DNA of 63,974 nucleotides, the filler included, from Olpidium bornovanus S191 (taxonomy: Eukaryota > Fungi > Olpidiomycota): the NCBI GenBank assembly GCA_017911155.1. It is 29 parts of 29 records of this genome, joined end to end, with 100 filler letters (N's around TTAATTAATTAA, not from the genome) between each part and the next. Parts side by side here need not be neighbours in the genome. Positions count along the whole stretch, not along the records: positions 57,275 to 58,946 come from JAEFCI010000634.1; positions 59,047 to 60,447 come from JAEFCI010009682.1; positions 60,548 to 63,974 come from JAEFCI010010616.1; 26 more parts are not named here. The stretch is one strand, 5' to 3'. This document shows, one piece after another, positions 58,451 to 63,974 of this stretch. Under the pieces are notes generated by a model. The model did not search any database. It saw only the letters and a list, made by a program, of their open reading frames with translations, and was not told the DNA's origin. Position 1 is the first letter of the stretch, and each line of letters opens with the position of its first letter. The position numbers were made by a program, and so were the translations under genes.

Positions 58451-59046
58451 GTGACGGTGGCAAAGACGCGTGCCTGCCCACCCCCTCCGCCGACTCTTCG
58501 TTATAATTCCCGGGACGACCAACAGTGCGACGTCGGAGTCATCGTTGTAGATAAGATCTGGCGCTGTTGTCCGAATCGTCCTCTGTCAACTTCGTCTTTG
58601 CCCTGGTCCCTCTTTTCGCGCGACCCCTCGTGCGGACGGCTTTGGCGTGAGCAATGGCGCGCCCAGGAACTGTCAACGCGATATCTTCAGTGCTCGCGCT
58701 GCCCACGGCTTCTCACTCCTTTTATTCGGCATGTTTTTCTCGTCTTTCTTCGGTCGTCGGGGAGGAGGGGGGAAGGCAAGGGAGGTTCGCGCGGGAAACA
58801 AGATCAAGGGCGTGCGCACTGCGAAGAGTACGGGAGGCCCCGCCGGGGCTGCGGAGATGCGAGCGAGCGGGCGCGCGCACGTGCGTGGGCGCGGGCGCTG
58901 CCGGTTTTGTTGTTTTGCGCGCGAGGTTGCGTGAGGGGCGGCGGGGNNNNNNNNNNNNNNNNNNNNNNNNNNNNNNNNNNNNNNNNNNNNTTAATTAATT
59001 AANNNNNNNNNNNNNNNNNNNNNNNNNNNNNNNNNNNNNNNNNNNN

Positions 59047-60447
59047 AAGAACCGGTGACAGAATGACGCCGTTAGGCGTCTTGCGGTACTCGCAGTACTG
59101 TTCGAAAGTTTTCAGAATTAGCTCTGGTGTAGTCGCACTTGAAAAGTTTAGCCCGATGACTTCCATGTCAGGAAGCTTCCGCAAGGCACTGAACAAGGTC
59201 ATCGTTTTCCCGCTGCCGGGGGGGCCGCAGAGAATGAGCGGCTTATGTTCGGAGAGGTAGGAGTATATAACCTCTTCGTGGCGGAGAGTATCGACCGTCG
59301 GAATAACCACGTCCGCCTCAGCCACCGTGTGCGTCTCGATCTCGATGTTGGGAACCTTGCTCTGCCAAGGTACCCATTGCCCGCTGTTCAGCGCAACGTC
59401 GAATTCGATCACGCTCATTCCCCCCGCCGCCGCAGGCATGTCTATCGTCGTGATCCGTCCGACGAAGTCGGCGAATTTCGTTCGAAGCTCTAACCGCGTG
59501 TCTCCGACGAAGCTCCAAACGATTGCGTACACGAGGCGCTTCGAGATGTAATTTTCCAGGTGATCGGGCGCCATGGGAAAGTCGACGTGATTCGAATTGT
59601 ACTCCACGACGTTCCTCACCGTCTTGTTAAGCAAGCAGAACAAAGTCGTCAGGGCGCGGATCACGGTGAAGTCCATGATGTGCTCCAGCTCTTGCGCGAA
59701 CTTTAGAGCCTTCGGCACAAGTCCATCCTCCGAGAGGTGCGGAGCAAGGATCCGCGCGCACATTTGCTGGGTCCTCAATGCAGGAGACACCGTGGCGTCG
59801 TCTTCATCTCGCTGTCGCCGGACTGTGGAAGCCTCGTCCTCGATGTCATCTAGCGCCGTAGTCTCCATGACGTGCAGATAATTCTTGAATATCATGGGCA
59901 GTTGCACGACCGCTTCGCTGAACCACACCATGCCGCAACGGCTGACCGTCGCGAGGGTGGCGTACCGCAGCGTTTCAACTTCAAACATAATGCGAACGTT
60001 TGGAGGAAGCGCGAGCCTTTCTCCATTAGGGAGCGTTAAGAGCTTGTTATCGTCCAGTACACTGAAGTGCGTACAAAAAGCACAATATCAGCAGCCGCGG
60101 TGCAGTTAATGACGAACACCCCTCCGCACGGGTTGTTTTTTTTTTCCGGTTCGAACCTGTTAAGATTCTCGACCCATTCCGGATCAACGTCGCCGTCAAA
60201 AATAATCCAGTGCCTTTTCGTACTCTCGCCTCGCACGTTGTCCACGATCTTTCTCAAGATGTGGGTAAACAACCCGTCCGTCCATTCCCGGGTGGTGGGG
60301 TCCAAAGTGCCGTAGAGGGCGTCCTTCGACATCGCCTTCGGGTCGATCACGTAGGAAACCCCTTCGACACCTTCATACTCCGCCAGCGCCGCCAGCAGCA
60401 CCTGCCACGCGCAAGACTTGCCGCTGCCCGACGGGCCAACCATCATG
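59047..60447 (-). CDS. DYN1: Cytoplasmic dynein 1 heavy chain, AAA2-AAA3 internal fragment (exons 60447-60157 and 60061-59047)
   Basis: Motifs [76 protein letters not shown] and [10 protein letters not shown]. Confidence 0.97.
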
Positions 60448-60547
60448 NNNNNNNNNNNNNNNNNNNNNNNNNNNNNNNNNNNNNNNNNNNNTTAATTAAT
60501 TAANNNNNNNNNNNNNNNNNNNNNNNNNNNNNNNNNNNNNNNNNNNN

Positions 60548-62391
60548 CATGCGGATTTTGAAAGATTGGCGTGAACATTGTGGACAGCCAGGCCGGAAAA
60601 GACGGTGGCTGCTGCTCACCTCAATTGTCTTTCCCAAACCCATCTCGTCCGCAAGTATTCCGCTTCGGGACTGGCTCTCCGCTAGTGGAAACGTAATGCT
60701 GATCTCGCCTAAACCAAAAGCACGTCTCACTTCATATGCCGGGAAATGGCCGCAGTGTTCAAGGCTTGTGCGCACGCTGAGATTCTCACCGGTGTACGGG
60801 CTGAAGTACCAGGTGGACGGCGTGTCTGCTGGAAAGGAATTGGCCTCTTCGCTGTCGAACGCGTACTCCTCCCACAAAGGATGAATCATAGCTTCCCTTG
60901 ACCGTGCCAGTGAACCTCCGGCTTCTGCTTGCCCACACGGCTCCGTTTCTTTGGCGTACATCCACGCCAAGGCTTGTCTTTGGTACCTGAACACAACAAT
61001 AGGCATTAGACCGACATTCTAAATGCTGGCCAAGTCCGCTTCCACTTCTCACCCTCGAAGAGTAAGACCAAATTTGTCCGCAGGTTTCATTTCCGGAAGG
61101 ACCGCATCCAGCCGCTGAGCGCGAGTGTATAGAATGGAGAGGTCTGCTTCCGTCACTTTCTTTTCCGCGTCGTCGGCTACCTCGCCGTCGCCTACGTCGC
61201 CACCGACAGACGAATTGGGCGGCGCGGCTGATTTGGGCCTGGCCGTCGCCTCGGCAATGGCAGCTTTCAATACCGCTTCGTTGTCCGGGTCCGATCCCGA
61301 GATTTTCGCTGCGGCGGCTCCGGACAGCGTCGGTTTCAGACCGCAAAGTTGGATGAATGAAAGCATCGCCACCCGAAGGTCTTTCAACTCCTGGTCTTTC
61401 GCCTCCCGGTCGTTCTCGTCAACCTGGTGTGCTCTCTCTGAGAATCTGCTGAGCGCCCTGCGGTTCATATGCGCCCGAACCTGCAGTATGATGTCCTCGC
61501 CAATTTTGAGGTTTTCTGGCGCGAAGATTACGGAACCGGTGAAGACGAAAATGCCTTGGTCCAAGAGCGTGCTGACAAATCGGGCGACGTCTGCCGGTAG
61601 CCGACCGACCTCGAAACCCCGGGGATTGCTGAACCGCACGATGACGTTGCGGTGCCGACTTGCGACCGAGGCTGGGTAACTCAACCCCGCAGTCCTGCCG
61701 CGCTTTTTTGTGGTAACTTTCGGTGCTGCGAGCCGGTCGCGTTCGAAACGCACCTGGTCCCCTACGGACAAAAGGTTTCGACCCTTCGTAGTCGCGTACC
61801 CAGCCACCATAAAAACACCGACGTGGTAAGTTTCCGGAGGATGACTTTGCCGAGCTATTTCCGCTGCAAGTGCTCGCGGCTCAACGAAAGCAGTCGCTGG
61901 TTGCACCAGCTGCCTTGGCGGTGCGGCGGACACGCTGGTCCTAAAGGGTTCCTGTTTACTTGAGATAAGCCCGGGCGGAAGGGTGTTTCTGCGTGCCGGC
62001 CGTATATCCCTTACGCTCTGAGACGACGTGCCGCCCGGTGCGCCCACTGCAGCGCGCTGCGCATGTTTGCCGGTCTTCGGCTTGTAAAACGATCCGTCGA
62101 AGAACACATTCAGCGCGCGCTCCACTGATCCACCTGAGGCCGCCCACAACCTGCGAAGCGTTTCAGAATCCACGCTGTCACCTAGCACGCTTCGCAGAGC
62201 GTCGACGTGAGACGGCGGCTGCCTTCGGATCGAATCGTTAGAAGGACCGGTAGAATTGGCGACCTGCGGTTTCCACAACGTACCCAATCTGCCTCGCTGT
62301 CGTTCAGTTTCCGTTTCTTCGGCGAGGGTTCGGAAGACGGGCTGGTAGAGAACGGGACAAAGTCGTCTCCCGGCAGTTGTGCTCCGTCCAT
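60548..62391 (-). CDS. RAD5: DNA repair protein Rad5 (UBA-like, HIRAN and SNF2 N-terminus), 3' end truncated
   Basis: ATG at 62391. HIRAN domain IVRFSNPRGFEVGRLPADVARFVSTLLDQG, then YQRQALAWMYAKE, HPLWEEYAF, YFSPYTG and GILADEMGLGKTIE. Confidence 0.93.
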
Positions 62392-62853
62392 GCTGCTCAC
62401 GTCGACTCTCATTTATGCGCGGCACTCGTCGATCTGCCTGGTCGGTCGCAGGACTCTGGGAAAAGGAGGAGGTAAGTTTTGCAATGCGCGCACGTGATGC
62501 CACGTGAATCTGGCCGAGCGTCGAGCAAAACGAGCCAAAACCTGCAATGCCGTTTCCCATTAACCTGGAAATTTAGCGGAAAAACAACACCAAACGAATA
62601 CACGCATGCTCACATTAAGCTCTCTTTTCCACGCACGTCTTTCCTCGGATAGGTAATGGCCTTGTTTTCGAAGGCATGTTATCTTAGCCAGGATTGTTCC
62701 TTATGTGAAGGGGGAGGGGAGGCCGGGCGGGACGAAATCATCTAATCAAAAAAAGCGGAACAAACGAAAACAAACCCACTTTCCAAACCGTCACCAGAAC
62801 CAAAACTTGGAAATCAACTCCACCGTCAGGACGCACCACCCCCCCTTCCTCTC

Positions 62854-63974
62854 TGTTGGAAATAACGGGGCCCCATCGGCGGAGACGCACTGCGCCCACC
62901 CGTTGCCCCTTTGTAGAGTTCCTAGTTCCCGCCATATAGAAAAGGGCCAGAGGAAACTAGTAGTTCTCCTTCCTTCCCGCCGTTCTCGCGGACCCGCGCA
63001 GCGCATCTTCTTTGCCTTCTCCTCCGGCCTGACTTTAACAGGTTATGAGCCCAACCCGTAGACTCCCTGCCAAAGGAAAGAACGCGGCGGAAGTACCAGT
63101 CATGGCAGCAGGAAGTACGACACCGCCGTATTCGCCACACGCGACCATGGAAGCGACCATGGAAGTGAACCGCTGGAGAAGGACCATAAAGAGCGAGAAC
63201 GAAGAGGCCGAAGCTCTACTCGGGGACCTCGAAACCCCAGCAGAGCAGAGGGGAAGATGACACCAGAGCCCTCAAGTGGCCAGAAGAACGTCAACCCGGG
63301 AGCACAGCACTTCACAGGACTGAGCCATCTCCGCGCTCTCCCAAACGTCGAGGCTGTCAAGGCTGTCTGTCCGCTCTCAACGGATAGTAGACTCCGTTCT
63401 CCTCCAAGGAGAGAAGGAAAAGGCGAAACAAGAGGCTGAGGGCAAGGACGCCGAAAACGCCACACTCAAACGACAAGTTGAAGCGCTGCAGAGGCAACTT
63501 GCCGACCACCGTGCCACAATCGAGGAACTCGCTATCGAGCAACACGCGGAAGACCAAAACTACGCAGGGACAAGAGCAAGCGACCTTTTGGCGCAAACCA
63601 TGCTAGCCGCCGTCCCAACGTACAATGGCACGGGAGGAGCCACAGCGCTCACGAACTTCATCGCCAAGGTCGAGACAGCAGCAGAGCAAGCCGAGCTTAA
63701 CGAGGGACAAACGCTTGCCCTGGCGATCCACCGCCTTTCCGGACAAGCAAGCATCCTCTGGCTCTCCCACGTCAAGGAACACTCAAAAGAGAGCCACCAA
63801 CGTTGGACCAGCTGGAGGGATCTACGAGAAGCACTCTCCATGCGATTCTTTCCCATGGAACACCTGGAGACAACTATGACGACCCTCCTGACGCTGACGC
63901 AAGTGAAATGTGAGGATGACTTGGAAGAATACGTGGAAACCTTCAACACACTCTTCATGCAACTGCCGTCACCA
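62854..63974 (+). mobile_element. 5' end of an LTR retrotransposon: 187-bp LTR (62854-63040), PBS GGTTATGAGCCC(AA) (63041-63054), Ty3/gypsy-type gag running off the window
   Basis: TGTT...AACA termini. The frame is open from about 63330 to the end and encodes a coiled coil, then AVPTYNGTGGATALTNFIAKVE...LAIHRLSGQASILW...WTSWRDLREALSMRFFP...LTQ...LEEYVETFNTL (retrotransposon capsid pattern). Stops in the 5' part indicate decay. Confidence 0.8.

Noticed and set aside
1-63974. A multi-gene cluster or system spanning the window (for example PARG with RAD5, or dynein with GAS8 and centrosomin)
   Set aside because: These genes are on different contigs joined by artificial spacers, so order and proximity are not biological.

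Overview
This is eukaryotic (fungal) genomic DNA, not one continuous locus. It consists of 29 short contigs (about 1-5 kb) joined by 28 artificial 100-nt spacers (N-run, TTAATTAATTAA, N-run), so adjacency across spacers carries no biological meaning. 27 of the 56 contig ends next to spacers have CATG within 2 nt, which suggests an NlaIII-based library artefact. Genes are GC-rich, with short GT-AG introns and many homopolymer tracts. The flagellar gene GAS8/DRC4, together with fungal-type ORM1, RAD5, TPC1 and RRG7-like genes, indicates a zoosporic early-diverging fungus; an Olpidium-like organism is an unverified guess. Genes recognised by manual splicing and translation: MscL, a CNNM/DUF21 exon, PKA catalytic subunit, an SDR, TMEM135-like, ALG6, RRG7-like, NOC4, RPS16, ORM1, a centrosomin (Cnn_1N) protein, tRNA-Phe, a type I DnaJ, GAS8, TPC1, PARG, COG3, cytoplasmic dynein heavy chain, RAD5, and several LTR-retrotransposon pieces. 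Best leads: (1) a spliced, secreted, Cys-free 119-aa Lys/Asn/Tyr-rich protein ending in (GK)6; (2) an intron-containing MscL with Thr at the L19 gate position and extra Cys motifs; (3) a PARG with HVH in place of the GGG loop; (4) an LTR element combining a Ty3/gypsy-type Gag with a half-tRNA-iMet PBS; (5) a nested-hairpin element in RPS16 intron 1. All identifications come from reading motifs by eye; no database search was run.
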